Shown here piece by piece: positions 26,189 through 38,614 of a DNA stretch of 49,525 nucleotides (the first letter of the stretch is position 1; every line of letters begins with the position of its first letter). Origin of the DNA: Chiloscyllium plagiosum (taxonomy: Eukaryota); the NCBI RefSeq assembly GCF_004010195.1, contig NC_057718.1:79189852-79239376 (forward strand), read 5' to 3'. The notes beneath the pieces were generated by a model. It had not been told where the DNA came from, made no database searches, and saw only the letters and a list, made by a program, of their open reading frames with translations. A program made the translations under genes and the position numbers.

Positions 26189-28327
26189 TTATTGTCATGG
26201 TTGATTAAGGGCAGCTGGCAGGTACAATCAGGAAAGTCCAAATATCACTTTCCCTCGACAATGACATCGACAGCAGTCACCAATTTTTAAAACATATTGT
26301 AAATTCCTTTAAGATATTCTTACATCCACCTTCTCACAGCATTTACCGTTGAAGGTATCCTCCAGACACAGGACCCCACTCAGGCTCATTAATTAGACAG
26401 GCTGATGGAGATGGACATTCGAATGCCTGCCTTCTCAAAAACTATCCTCCAGGTCCTACCATCAGCACTTGCGGGTAAAGACGGGATTGGGGCATAAGAA
26501 CATAAGCCCCTGGAATGTGTTAGCGTAATTGAACTGGAGCCGTACATATTAACAATTATGATTTATAAGAAAATACATCTGGAAATGTCACCAGGATAAA
26601 CCTACTTTAACTTTTTTCTTCCCCAAACTGACTTTACCTCTGATGCAGCAGGAATTGATGTTTCCTGTCCTTTAAACTGTTTTCTACTTTCTAACAACTT
26701 TCTACTCCACTTCATTCTGTTCCACTACATGTCAGCTCTCTTTCCAAGATTTAACTACACAATAGTTTCTCTCTCATTTTCAAATGAATCCAACTTGTAT
26801 ATCCCAAAAACTGTCAATCCTCCTTCCAGCAACATACTATCTCTCCTGAGCACAATGTTCATATTGCTCCATGTCATTAGGCACGTTTCCCCTTTTAACA
26901 CTCAAAAACTATCAGCTACTTATTCTTCCATTCAATCCTTGCCAAATATCAACTCATCTTCAAATCTTTCTCCTCCTTATGCAAATACCAAAGTGAAAGA
27001 AGTCACTTCGTAATTTTATTTTTATAGTTTTGGTTTGGAGCTGTGAACTGAGAGCTGACAAATGAAGGTGACAGTTTAGAAACATGTCGATGCTCACACT
27101 GAAAAGAACTAACAATTTGATACTGGTTTACGAGGACGGGTCTGGAAATTAACTGCAGGCTGATTCTTGTTCAAAGAAACTATAGATGTACACAACAGTA
27201 AATTAAAATATTTGATGACCTTCAAGGTCAGACTGATTTGATTTGGCTGTCTGTATCTATGCCATACCTCAGGGTGAAATTATTCTGCTGCTTCCTGCCA
27301 AACAAAGTTTGCACCTTACCCTTTTCCATTTCCCTAACCATTTATGGCCAAGAATAGTGGACGGTGTACAGCAGACACCGCAAATCCCTGGAATTATCAG
27401 TGCTGCCTTCATAAAATCCTGCAAATTCACTGGCAGGCTAGACATATCAACATGAGCATCCTCAGTAGAAAGTTGGTAGAGAACCTTTGTTTATTTTGAG
27501 AGAAAACAGTGGGGGAATGATCCAAAGCAAGTGAAAGTATGGAAAGCCTATGCTGATGATATGTAGAGCTGGAGAAGCACAGACAAGCAAAGATATCTGT
27601 AGATCAATACTTTTGGGAAGAAAATTAAAAAAAAAATCAATAGTGACTGGCTTAATAAAGGAATGTTACCTAATGCAGGATTAGATTAGATATATAGAAA
27701 TGAGGAATGGATAGCTGATTAATTATCACCTTCCTAACTCAGAAACACCGACTTTCTTCAGAACCTTAACCACTACGAAGCTGAGATCAGCATAGACAAG
27801 GAGTCCATAAATTGGAAACCACCTTGAATTTGTAAGTTGTGGAGTATTAATTATGATTAAGGCTCACCTAATCTTTCAGAACAGATGAATCTACAGGTAG
27901 AACAGTTAAAAATTAAAGAGCAATAATAAACAAAAAATTAAAATAGGATTTAACAGCATCACATCCTTCAACTATGTGCCCAAGATAGCATGCACATGCA
28001 TTATCATCACATCTCCACATGCAGTCTTGTTAGTGACATCCAGGAATAAACATTTCATGACAGAATCAGAATGAAGACCTTGAAAGATGCTTGCTCCTTA
28101 AAGCAAAACATAGCCACTGTATATTTGAACAGAGGCCAGAAGTGAAAATTTCTATATTTGGAAAAATCAGCACCAGGTTCAAAATAGAAGAGGGAATTTT
28201 TACATGTTCTGCCAAACCTTCTCCAAAATCTTCAAAGTGTTTACATCTCTTTATTATTTGACAATTCAAGCTCATGCTGAGCCATGCTGCACACATTCTA
28301 GATGGAAACACAAAACCTATGACTTAC

Positions 28328-28526
28328 CTACAACAATGATAAGTGAGAAAGTAATTAGGGTCAAGGAAGATCCATTGCAGATCATGTTAGCAATTAATTT
28401 AAATAGAGGAAACAGCAGCAACAGAGCCCAGAATAGCCAGTTTACAAGGACCCATGGTCGTTTCGGTGGTACAATTGGAGTGCCTGGATAAAAGCCATTT
28501 TTGAAGTAGTCTGCCTGTAGCATATC
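28328..28526 (-). CDS. AGPAT4: AGPAT4 penultimate coding exon, 199 nt
   Basis: ttctag|GAT ATG CTA...GTT GTA G|gtaagt translates as DMLQADYFKNGFYPGTPIVPPKRPWVLVNWLFWALLLLFPLFKLIANMICNGSSLTLITFSLIIVV. The PWxLVNWLFWA and GSSLTL motifs fit AGPAT4 better than AGPAT3. The phase 0 start matches the upstream exon and it ends in phase 1. Confidence 0.94.
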
Positions 28527-28839
28527 CTAGAATTGAAAACAGATTGTAGGTTTTAGTGAAAAATTAAGCAAAAGGTTCATTCATTATATTATTTGTGCAT
28601 TGTCTTGGGTTCTTCTGGTCATTTCTTTAGTCAGATGATGCATTAGTATTTAATGATAATACAACTTGTGCATAAAATGAGATGGAATCACCACACCAGT
28701 ATGACAGCAATGTGCAAATACATTTGTTTTTGCTTTTTCATGCTCAAGATGTACATCACACTGGGCATGACACCATTTTGTTGCTAAAAATATAGTGTTT
28801 ATATATTGAATGGACATGAATTAGTCAGTAGGTCCTCCT

Positions 28840-30420
28840 TAACAACACTGGGGTCTGGTGCCAAGATTAGGAGAGCAGTCTTAGACTTGTTAAGCAACAG
28901 TGTAACAAAACAGTCATACTCCTGGAATCAATCTTACAGACAATGACCCAGATAACATCAAAAGCAATCCGAAGCAGGTCCTATCACCCACAAGGCTTAC
29001 CCAGACATTGCATTCTATCGTGTAGAAGTCAAGAGCGTGCTACCCAGAGGGGTCTCAACATTGATTCCAGACCTGTGAAATCTTATGGCATACAGTCAAA
29101 TATATTAGGAAACCCCGTGCTGGAGTTCCATATTCCCACCCACTTGATTGATGCATCAGTTCTCCACATCAAACACCACCTGAAGGAAGCACAGAGGTGG
29201 CAAGCGTACAGAATGTACTCTGGGCCAGTGACTTCAATGTCCACCCCAAAGAATTACTCAGCAGGAAAACTACTGACTACGTTGGTTGAAACAGAGAGCA
29301 CAGCTACTAGACTTTGTCTGCATCAAGTTTTGAAGAAACCAACAAGAAAAACCATACATAACCTCATCCCCACCTATTTGCCTTACACATGCATCTGTCC
29401 ATGGCAGCTTTGGTAAGAGCAACCACAGAACAGTCCTTGTGAAATGAAGTTCCAACCTCATGCAGAAGATACTCCATGTGTAGCACTACTATTAATACCA
29501 CGGTAAATAGAATAGACTTCAAAAGAGATTTAGCAAGACTGGGCATCCATGAAGTGTTATGGCCTAACAGCAGAACTGTACTCAACACAATTACAACCTC
29601 ATGGCCTTGCAAATGCTGCACTTAATCTTCAATCTATATCAAATGCAACAAATATTAGACAATATCCAGGCTTGAATCAAAAGTGAGAAGTAAGAATTGT
29701 GCCTTACAAATGTCAGGCAATGACCAACACCAAAAGGCAATACATCCAACATCCTTTGACATTTAACAGCATTACTAGCACGGAATCCTTCACGATCAAC
29801 ACACTGAGCTGCTATTCACCAGACTGAACTGGACTAGTCATTTAAACACAAAGGCACACACAGGTTAAAGATAGGAATCATGCAGAGGGTAACTTACCAC
29901 CTGATTCCTCAAGTAGTATCAAAAAGCACATGTCAGGATATGATGGAACGCACTCCTCTCGCCTAGATGAGCACAGCTCCAACAACACTCGAAACTAGAC
30001 ATCATCCAGGACAGAGCAGCCAACATGATGGCACTACATCCACTTCCTCCATCAACAACTCTGTAGTAGCAGTGTATATCACTGCAGAAATTCACCAAGG
30101 CTTCTTAGACAGTACCTTCCAAAACTAACGATCACTTCCATGGAGGAGGACAAGGGCAACAGATACATGGGAACACCACCACGTGCAAATTCCACTTCAA
30201 ACCACCCACCATCTTCACATGGATATATATCATCAATAATGGAAATATATCACCATTCCTTCAGTGTCACTGGGCCAAACTCTTGGAGCTAACAGCACTG
30301 TTGGTCTACCTACAGCACACAGGCTGCAGCAGTTCAAGAGGATAGCCTCACCATCACCTTCAAAGGCATCAAGGGATTGGCAATAAGTGACAGGTCAGCA
30401 ATGCCCACATCTCATAAAAC
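28840..30420 (+). mobile_element. CR1-group LINE (same family as 4860-6600), internally deleted and decayed
   Basis: APE-like region (gaatgtactctgggccagtgacttcaatgtccac, a GDFN-like motif) joined to a C-terminal region (YSPLAWM-like actcctctcgcctagatgagcacagctccaacaacactc) and the 3' end. Confidence 0.6.
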
Positions 30421-30950
30421 AAATTAAAATAAAGTACTCTATATCATCCCAATTCAACAGTTTCAGATCATGATATCTGACCAAATTTATTTCTGCACAG
30501 CAGCCACTGAATTACTGTTTCTATTTATATTGTTAATAACCAGACCCCAGGGGAGGTTCCCCAATTCGCTCTGGTTCTAGAGAGGATAACCAAGGCTTCG
30601 GAGTAAGCAGAACTGAATAGACACTCTTCCTTATTCACCACCCCTTCAGTTGTTTCAGAGGTTGCCTTTCTCCTCGACCAACATACTTATGCTTTGACAG
30701 AGAACCAATTTAGTCAGACATTGATGGATTTAAAAGAAACTGTATTAAATACTTCGCAAGAAAAAGTACTAATGCAAGAAATACGCAGGTTAGAAATCAG
30801 TTGAGAACCAAACGGAGATTAAAAAACTTAAACAAAAAGTTATACAGATCAGTCTGATTTGTGAAAAACGAATAGTTCAATAATGGAGCCCGTCTTCACA
30901 ATCCTGAGTTTTGCAGATTGGTTGAGATACTATCAAATTATGATTTAATT

Positions 30951-31045
30951 GAGACAGAGGGGGAGCGAGAGACAGAGAGAAAGAGACAGAGACAAAGAGG
31001 GACCTCCACAGAGACAGAGAAAGAAACAGACAGAGAATGCGAGAG
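30951..31045. repeat. Degenerate (GA)n/(GACAGA)n microsatellite
   Basis: gagagacagagagaaagagacagagaca... Confidence 0.8.
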
Positions 31046-31779
31046 CCCTTCTGTTATCCTGTTCCCATTTGTTACATTAGTTACTTGACAAGCACCCAGT
31101 TAAAAATGTTTTTTTACCTGCAAAACAGGGGTGAATAGTTCATAGACGGTAACCTTCACATCACACCAATCAAACCAGAGGTGGCACATAAGAGAACATT
31201 CACTCTCGCAGAAGGTCACTAGAGATGAAACGGGCTTTTAAAAACTAATGTCCTTGTGTATTTTTCAAAGGGGAAAAACACAAAACGTGCCTGCAGTTCG
31301 AGAGCTCTGCAAGTGGTGGGTTGCTGTTTAACCACAAGTTATCAGCCCTTCGTTACCTCTGTAGTCACAAAGAATCACAACCCAGTCTGTTTTGACTCAC
31401 TATCTCTTCCCTTCGAAGGGCTGTTTACAGCCTCCCTCAATTTACATCCATAGCCATTTCTAGTTATATCAGACCCTTTGCAAAAAAACAAAAAGACTTA
31501 AAACATTGAATTTTCAACTTAAGTGTCCTCAATACCTTGAGGATTTGACCCGTGATCGTGGCACAACTCTTGGCAAATTTTGTTTCTCTACTATTCTCAT
31601 TACCATCCTATGCCTTACACTACCATACCTCTCCTGCCCGGAGCTTTTGTTCTTTTCTTCCTTTACCTCTTTTCCTAACTTTGTACTTGCTTAATATGTT
31701 GTATCTTTTTACTTTTAAAACATAATTTAAAAAGTTACCAAAGTAAAATTAATTTTGTTTGCCATGAAAAATATTCAAC

Positions 31780-34700
31780 ATTTTAGACTCAGCCATACAT
31801 GCCAACTAAGTTTCCCAAACTAAACTAGTCCCACTTGCCTGTGCTTCACCCATATCCCTCTAAACATTCCTATTCATGTACCTGTCCAAATGTTTTCATA
31901 TGTTGTATCTGCATCTACCACTTCTTCGACAGTTCACGCAGAGGATGGTTCAAATGTGGAATGAAAAAACATTGTTCCTCAGGCCCCTTTTAAATCTTTC
32001 TCCTTTCACCTTAAAAATATGCCCCCTACTTTTGAACTCCCCCACCCAAGACCATTGCTATTCGCCTTATCTATAAATCTTCATGATTTTATATAAACTT
32101 CTATAACTTTCTACGCTCCAGTGAAAAAAAGAATCCAAGCCTATCCAGCCTCTCTTCCTAACTCAAACCCTCCAGTCCCAGCAACACCTTGGTAAATCTT
32201 TTCTGAACCCTCTGCAATTTAATAATATGCCTCCTGTAGCAGGGCGAAGTAACTTCACCAATGTCCTGCATAACCTCAACATGATGCTCCAACTCCTATA
32301 CTTAAAAATGTCTGAGCAATGAAGGCAAGCATGGAAAACACTTTCTTAACCACCCTATCTACCTATGACAACTTTCAAATAAATGTGTACCTGAACCCTT
32401 AGTGTGTCTGTTTGACAACACTACCCAGGGCTCCACTATTAACTGTATAAGCCCTATCCTTATTTAACTTACCAAAAATGCAAAACCTTGCATTTATCCA
32501 AATTTTACTCCATCTGCCACTCCGCAGCCTATTGGCCCAATTGATCAAGATCCCTCTGTAATCTTAAGTAACCTTCACTGTTGACTATCCCACCAATTTT
32601 GTATCATCAGATCTCCTAAATTTTCATCTAACTTGTTTATAACAGTGGATCCAACACTGTTCCCTATGGAACACCACACTGGTCAAAAGCCTTCAGTCTC
32701 AAAAACAACCCACCACCCTCTGTCTCCTACCATAAAGCCAATTTTGTATCCAATTGGCAAACTTTCCTTGGATCCCCACATGATCTAACTTTACAAACCA
32801 GTCTGCCGTGTGAAACCAGTCAAAGGCTTTAGTAAAGTCCACGTAAATGTCTACCACTCTGCCCTTAATCTTTTTGGTTACATCCTCAAAAACCTCAAGT
32901 CTGAGAAACACAATTTCTCATGTCAAAAAAACATGCTATTGATTGCTAATCAGTCCCTGCCCCTCCAAATGCCCGTAAATCCTATCTCTCAGAATCCTCT
33001 CCAACAACTTAACCACCACGGATGTCAGACTCTCTGGTATATAGTTCCCAAGTTTCTCCTTACAGCTTCTCAAACATAGGCACAATATTAGCCACCCTCT
33101 CATCCTCCAGCACCTCAAATATTTCTGCTGGGGACCCCACAATTTCTTCCCTAACTTCCCACAATGTCCTAGAATACACTTGATCAGATCCTGGAGATTT
33201 ATCCACTTTTATATTTTTATGCCTCAACCTCTTCTGTAATGTGAACTGCTTTCAAGACATTAATATTTATTTGCGAATTTCCTAGCCTTCACATCTTTCT
33301 CCACATAAATATGGACGTGAAATATTTATTTAGTATCTCTCCCATCTCCTGTGGCTCCACACACAGATGGCCTCGTTGATCTTTAAAGGGGTATAATGTC
33401 TCACCAGTTGCTCTGAATGTACAAGTACAATCTCTCTGGATTATCTTTAGCCTTGGCAGATAAGATTACTTCGTATCCTCTTTTTGCCCTGCTGACTTCC
33501 CTCTAAGAATGTCCCTACACCCCTTACACACTTCAGGAGAGTCACTTAATCCCAGTTATCTTTACTTAACATATACCTCCTCCTCTTTGACCAGAGCCTC
33601 TTTATTATTCCTTACAATTATCAGCCTTACCTTTCACTCAGAGGAATATAATGCATCTGAATTCGTTATCTCACTTTTGAAAGCCTCCCACTTGACAGTC
33701 ATCCCTTTACCTGCAAACATCTACTCCAATCAACTTCTTAAAGTTTTGTCTAGATTACTTAGTGTGGAAACAGGCCCTTCGGCCCAACAAGTCCACACCA
33801 ACCCGCCGAAGCGCAACCCACCCATACCCCTACATTTACCCCTTACCTAACACTACGGGCAATTTAGCATGGCCAATTCACCTGACCTGCACATCTTTGG
33901 ACTGAACCCGGGTCTCCGGCGCTGTGAGGCAGCAGTGCTAACCACTGTGCCACCGTGCCGCCCACCAATAGTCTAATAGCATCAAAATTTGCCTTACATT
34001 AGGAACTTTAACTTTTATACAAGACTTGTCCTTTTCCATAACTATATTAAAACTAATAGAATGATCACTGTTCTCAGGGTGCTCCCCACTAACACTTCAG
34101 TCACTTGCCCTACTTTATGTCCAAAAAGAGAAATACAAGTTTTGCTCCTTCTCTAGTAGGTACATTTACATATTAATAAAGAAAGTTTCCTTGAACACAT
34201 TTAACCAAATTCCTCACCATCCAAGCCCTTACCACTACAGCAGTCCTGGTCTATATTTCCCTAATCAAAAACACAACTCCTCTCCTCCCTTGTCTCACTT
34301 TCTATCCTTCCTATCGCATCTAAACCTCAGAACATTGAGCTGCCAGTTCCTGCCTCAGCCATGTTTCTGTAGTAGCTATGACCCAATTCCATATTCCCAT
34401 ACAGACCCGGAGTTCATCTGCCTTTCCCGCAAGACCCTTTGCATTGAAATAAATGCAGTTTAATTCTTCAGTTATTTTATTCTGACTTGCTCTTGTCTGT
34501 TTTGTTTAATTAACTGGCTCTCTAAATTGCAAACTATCCTCTTCTGTCTCTCTATTCGTACTACTTCTTAGGATCCAACCCCCCCTCCACCCACCCACTT
34601 ATTAGTTTAAAAGCTCCCAAATAGAACTTAAACAAAAATTTCCTGTTAGGATCCTGGCCCCCTCCAGTTCGTGTGAAAACAGTCACTTCGGAACAGGTAT

Positions 34701-34845
34701 CTTCTACCCCCCCAAAAAAAAAAGAGATCTCAAATGATCCAAGAGTCTGAATCCTTGCCTACTGCACCATCTCCTCAGCCACTGATTTATCTGCCCTATC
34801 TTTTTATTCCTACTCTCACTAGCACACGGCATCAAGAGTAATCAA
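31780..34845 (-). mobile_element. Long decayed CR1 LINE (ORF2 APE-RT and ORF1 end), with SINE insertion at 33750-33964
   Basis: VDIYVDFTKAFD, GIQGKFANWIQNWLYGRRQRVV and GNYIPESLTSVVVKLLERILRDRIY are CR1 RT motifs. Confidence 0.82.
33750..33964 (-). mobile_element. HE1/V-SINE-like SINE with internal deletion, inserted in a CR1 LINE
   Basis: Reverse complement matches the head and tail of 43211-43535 but joins ggttCA directly to gtccaaagatgtg. Possible 5-bp TSD gtcta. Confidence 0.82.
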
Positions 34846-35080
34846 TTTTCTGTTTAACACAATGTGCTCAATGTTGAAACAAGCAAACCAAAGCAGCCCA
34901 ATTTTGCTTTGGATTGCCAGCCATTTGAGATTTAGAAATCTTTAGTGCCTTAAGTCACTCAGGCACCAAAGTAGGAATTGGATTGTTGTAGCCTTCCAGA
35001 AAACAGGTACTCCCCTGATGAGTGAAAGTTTTATGAATAATTCAATTAATATTCCTTTGTAACTGGAAAGATGAATTCAC

Positions 35081-35156
35081 CTTTTCTTGATATAGTTTAT
35101 GAAGCCAGGCAGCACATGCACTTTCATCCTCAGGAATATCTTCCAATGGGATTCGT
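35081..35156 (-). CDS. AGPAT4: AGPAT4 (1-acylglycerol-3-phosphate O-acyltransferase 4, LPAAT-delta) internal coding exon, 76 nt
   Basis: Minus strand reads tttgcag|A CGA ATC CCA...GAA AAG|gtgaat and translates as (R)RIPLEDIPEDESACAAWLHKLYQEK. This matches the vertebrate AGPAT4 segment RIPLEDIPEDDDECSAWLHKLYQEK as I recall it. Canonical AG acceptor (35157-35158) and GT donor (35079-35080); ends in phase 0. Confidence 0.93.
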
Positions 35157-35327
35157 CTGCAAATTGAAGAGCATTGAAACATTTTAAACAATAAAAAACA
35201 AACATTTTTACTAGATATATCTACATTCATCTGAAACAATTACCATTAATGAGTCTTCTATTTATAACCTACAAACAAACCATCTCATGCAGAAAGTTTC
35301 AATGCCATTTTCAACAACGAGAGTCAG

Positions 35328-35457
35328 GGAGAACGTGAGGACTGGAGGTGCAGGAGATCAGAGTCGAGAGTGTGGTGCTGGAAAAAGCACAGCAGGTCAG
35401 GCAGCATCCAAGGAACAGGAGAACCGACATTTCGGACATAAGCCCCTCATCAGGAAA
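35328..35457 (-). mobile_element. Solo PLE pLTR fragment with hammerhead motif, in the same orientation as AGPAT4
   Basis: Reverse complement reads ttcCTGATGAggggcttatgtccGAAAtgtcggttctcctgttccttggatgctgcctgacctgctgtgc..., homologous to the 3' ends at 12760-12887 and 42752-42879. Confidence 0.8.
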
Positions 35458-35466
35458 GACACACAT

Positions 35467-35710
35467 TGGCAGCACAGTGGCTCACTGGTTAGCACATTCT
35501 GATGTCGGCCTGGGTTTCATCCAGGTATTCTGGATTTCACCCCCACCCACCACCAGTTCAGGGATGTATAGGTTAGGATTAGCCACAGGAAACGTGGCGT
35601 TACAGGGTCAGGGTAGGAGGTTGGATCTGAGTGGTATACTCTTTAGAGGGTAGGTGTGGATTCAATGGGCCAAATGGCCTACTTCCATACTGTAGAGCTT
35701 CTATGATTAT
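35467..35710 (+). mobile_element. HE1/V-SINE-like SINE, decayed and internally deleted
   Basis: Head tggcagcacagtggctcactggttagcac and tail gggccaaatggcctacttccatactgtag...ctatgatt. Confidence 0.68.
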
Positions 35711-35759
35711 ATTTTAGCAAAGATTAAACCAAAAGAAACTGGAATACTGTTTTGCTGAA

Positions 35760-36675
35760 GTCTGAACAGATTTAAGAAGGTTGGCGAGTTACAGCTACAG
35801 ACTGTCATTTGAAAATTATGCCGCAGCGACAAGAGGAACCTGACTCAGTTAGAAGGACAAATTTGTAAGGAACCATCAGAAGAATTACAAGAATTTTGGA
35901 TGTTATATTAGGGGACTTCAATTCTACCATTCTATATTAGAATAATGTTAAAGGGAGATATGGACAAGAATTCCTAGAGTTTTCAGTCAAAAAGGAAGCA
36001 GTGTTACACGGAATTCTTAGCAATGAGTTAGGCCAAGTCGAGTAAGTGACAGTCGGCGAATTTTTTTTTTTAGGTGACAGTGATCAGTTATTACTTAAAC
36101 TAGAGAAGTTATAAACAGAAAACAAAGATATGGTAGACTAATTAAATACATATTTTGGTCCTTCACATCCATGGCAACATGGTTTCTGGTGAGGGGGGGA
36201 AATGGAAGGAAATCAGTATTAGTACAGAAACATTGTTGGGTAAATATTTGGGATTAAGAAGTGGATAAACCTCCAGGAACTAATAGTTTACATTCCTAAG
36301 AAGTGGTCTCAGAAATAGTGGATGCATTGGCTGTCATCTTTCAATATTCTGTCAACTCAAACACTTCCTACTGACTTGAAGGTAGCCCCCACTATTTAAA
36401 AAGCAGAGAGAGAAAACAAGAAATTATCAGCCAATTAGCCTGACATTGATAGTAGAGATAATGCTAGAGTCAGTTATAAAATATTTAATAGTAGACTACT
36501 TGGTAAAAAAAAACTAGATTGAACAGTCACGCGTAGCTTTACAAAATGGAAACCATACTCCACATATTGACAGGAATTGAGGACGTAATTAGTAGAGATT
36601 TTAGGGGGAGACAGACAATGTGGTTAACTTGGACTTTCAGAAGGTCTTTGAGGAGGTCCCACATAAGATTTAGAT
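35760..36675 (+). mobile_element. CR1 LINE, 5' part of an interrupted copy
   Basis: ggggacttcaat (GDFN), aattatcagccaattagcctgaca (NYQPISLT) and ttggactttcagaaggtctttgaggaggtcccacataaga (LDFQKVFEEVPHK). Confidence 0.7.
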
Positions 36676-37430
36676 GCAGAATTAGGCTATATGGCCCATC
36701 AAGTCTGCTCCACCATTCAATCATGGCTGATATGTTTCTTAATCCCATTCTAATGCTTTCTCCATGTAACTGTTGATTCCCTTACTAATCTAGGAGTTCT
36801 CTCTTGGTCTTAAGTACTCTCAACGACTTGGCCTCCACAGCCTTCTGCGGTGATGACTTAAAGATTCATTATGCTCTGGTTGAAGAAATTCCTCCTCATC
36901 TCAGTTCTAAAAGGGTCATCCCTTTACTGAGACTGTGCCCTCTGATCCTAGCCTCTCCAACTAGTGGAAGCATCTTCTACACATTTACTCTATCCAGACC
37001 TGAGTGTTCTAAAAGTTTCAATGAAATCCTTCCCCCATTATCCCTCTAAAACTTCATAGAGTATAAACCCAGAATCTTGAACCACTCCTCTAATATGCTC
37101 TTCACCCCTTCCAAACAGCACATCCTTCCTTAGATACTGGACTCAAAACTGCCCACAAAATTCCAAAAGATGGTCTGACCAGAGCCTTATACAGCCTCAG
37201 CAGCATATCTCTACTCTTGTATTCTAGCCCTTTTGAAATAATTACTCGAATTGTATTTGCCTTCCTAATTACCAACTGAAACTGCATGGTAACCTGAAGG
37301 GGTACTACTTCAGGATTCTCCAAGTCCCTTTGTACTTCAGATTTCTTTTCCCTCATTTTAGAAAATAATCTATGCCTGTATTCTTCCTACCAAAAGGGCA
37401 TAACCTCACTTTTTCACATTGTATTCTTTC
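36675..37430 (-). mobile_element. CR1 LINE 3' part nested in the plus-strand CR1
   Basis: Minus-strand GLEYKSRDMLLRLYKALVRP plus CR1 3' UTR (gccatgattgaatggtggagcagacttgatgggcc). Confidence 0.75.
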
Positions 37431-37517
37431 TTTACCTTTCACAAACCATGTTGACTCTGCCAGACTGATTATGATTCTTGAAGTGCCCCATGACCTGCTT
37501 ATAGAGTGGAAACACCA

Positions 37518-37570
37518 AGTTTGGTGAGGAAGGGAGTTTGGTAAGGAAGGGAGTTTGGTAAGGAAGGGAG
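37518..37570. repeat. 17-bp tandem repeat, ~3.1 copies (agtttggtRaggaaggg)
   Basis: Units at 37518, 37535 and 37552, read directly. Confidence 0.9.
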
Positions 37571-37661
37571 ACATGTGCTCTTTTCCCATTTCTTTCCCTA
37601 TCTTCAGCCTTAAGGAGACCAGGAGTTGAAAAGCTGCAAGAGAAGTGAATGGTTTTTGAAA

Positions 37662-37700
37662 AGAGATAACAGGTTCATCACAGAGATAACAGGTTCATAA
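37662..37700. repeat. 20-bp period tandem duplication (agagataacaggttcat)
   Basis: Copies at 37662 and 37682. Confidence 0.85.
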
Positions 37701-37789
37701 TGTGAGAACAGGTGCTAGCACAGGAACAGTGACAACTTTGGTAAGTAAACCCAGGTGACTATTTCCATCATCCATAAGAGACTAGCATA

Positions 37790-38040
37790 GGTAGAATCAT
37801 GTAGAGTCTTAAAGAATGAAAACAGACCCTTTGACCCAATTCATCCATGCTAAGCAGATTTCCAAAACTGAACTAGTCCCATTTGCCTACATTTGGCCCA
37901 TATCCAGCTAAACCTTTCCTGTCCATGCCCAAATGTCTTTTAAAATGTTGTAATTGTACCCATCTCTACAACTTCCTGTGGCAGCTTAATGCATATTTGT
38001 ACTACCCCCATATGAAAACGTTTCCCCTCGCACCTTAAAA
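37790..38040 (-). mobile_element. CR1 3' terminal fragment
   Basis: aaacagaccctttgacccaa...ctagtcccatttgcc...tttggcccatatcc aligns with 14620-14830. Confidence 0.7.
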
Positions 38041-38127
38041 CTTACGCACTATTTTCCCCTGTAAAATTAAAGTGCATGGAATTCAGTATAGCACCCAGAC
38101 AGAGAGAACACTGGTTGGTAGACAAGA

Positions 38128-38612
38128 AATTGAATTGAATTGAATTTATTGTCATGTGTACTGGGTCACAGCGAAAAGCTTTGTCTTGCGAGCAATACTG
38201 GCAGATCACAGTTAAGTAAATAATAGGTAAACGGCAGCAAAAACAAAAACACAGGTACACAATAGTTTCAGACGCCATTCAGTATTCTAACAACAGTAGG
38301 GTAGAAACGGTTTGGAAACGGATGGTGCGTGTTAATCAGGTTTCTGTACCTTCTCCCCAACGGTAGAGGTTGTCGAAAAGCATTGCCAGGGTGGGGTGGA
38401 TCTTTGACAATGCTGGTGGCCTTTCCTTGACAGGGGTCTTGTAGATGATTCTATAGATGGGAGGTTGTCTTTTGTGATTGTCCAGGCTGAGTTCATCACT
38501 CTCTGTAACCGTCTCCGGTCTTGATGGCATAGTTGCCATACCAGGTAGTGATATATCCAGACAAAATGCTCTCGATGGCGTACCAATAAAAATTGGCAAG
38601 GGTATTCGCTGT
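38128..38612 (-). mobile_element. Rex1/Babar-type LINE 3' end with (ATTCA)n tail
   Basis: Minus-strand QDRRRLQRVMNSA...LPSIES and the GRRYR-type C-terminal region; starts with aattgaattgaattgaatttattg. Confidence 0.7.
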
Positions 38613-38614
38613 CA

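Larger units (their letters stand above)
1692..28327 (-). other. AGPAT4: AGPAT4 last intron (~26.6 kb)
   Basis: Bounded by a GTAAGT donor at 28327 and a pyrimidine tract plus CAG acceptor at 1692. Phases are compatible. Confidence 0.85.

Noticed and set aside
27055..27095. ctgacaaatgaagg...gaaacatgtc hammerhead-like string
   Set aside because: The CUGANGA box is interrupted and no stem II can form; no PLE-like flanks.
28328..28526. Assignment to AGPAT3 instead of AGPAT4
   Set aside because: LVNWLFWA, GSSLTL, RIPLEDIPED and RWMIG match AGPAT4, and the AGPAT3 C-terminal dilysine tail is absent.
28943..29416. 157-aa plus-strand ORF
   Set aside because: Lies within a decayed LINE endonuclease region with frame changes; not a host gene.
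37518..37700. Short direct repeats resembling a CRISPR array
   Set aside because: Head-to-tail tandem units without unique spacers, in eukaryotic context with no cas genes.
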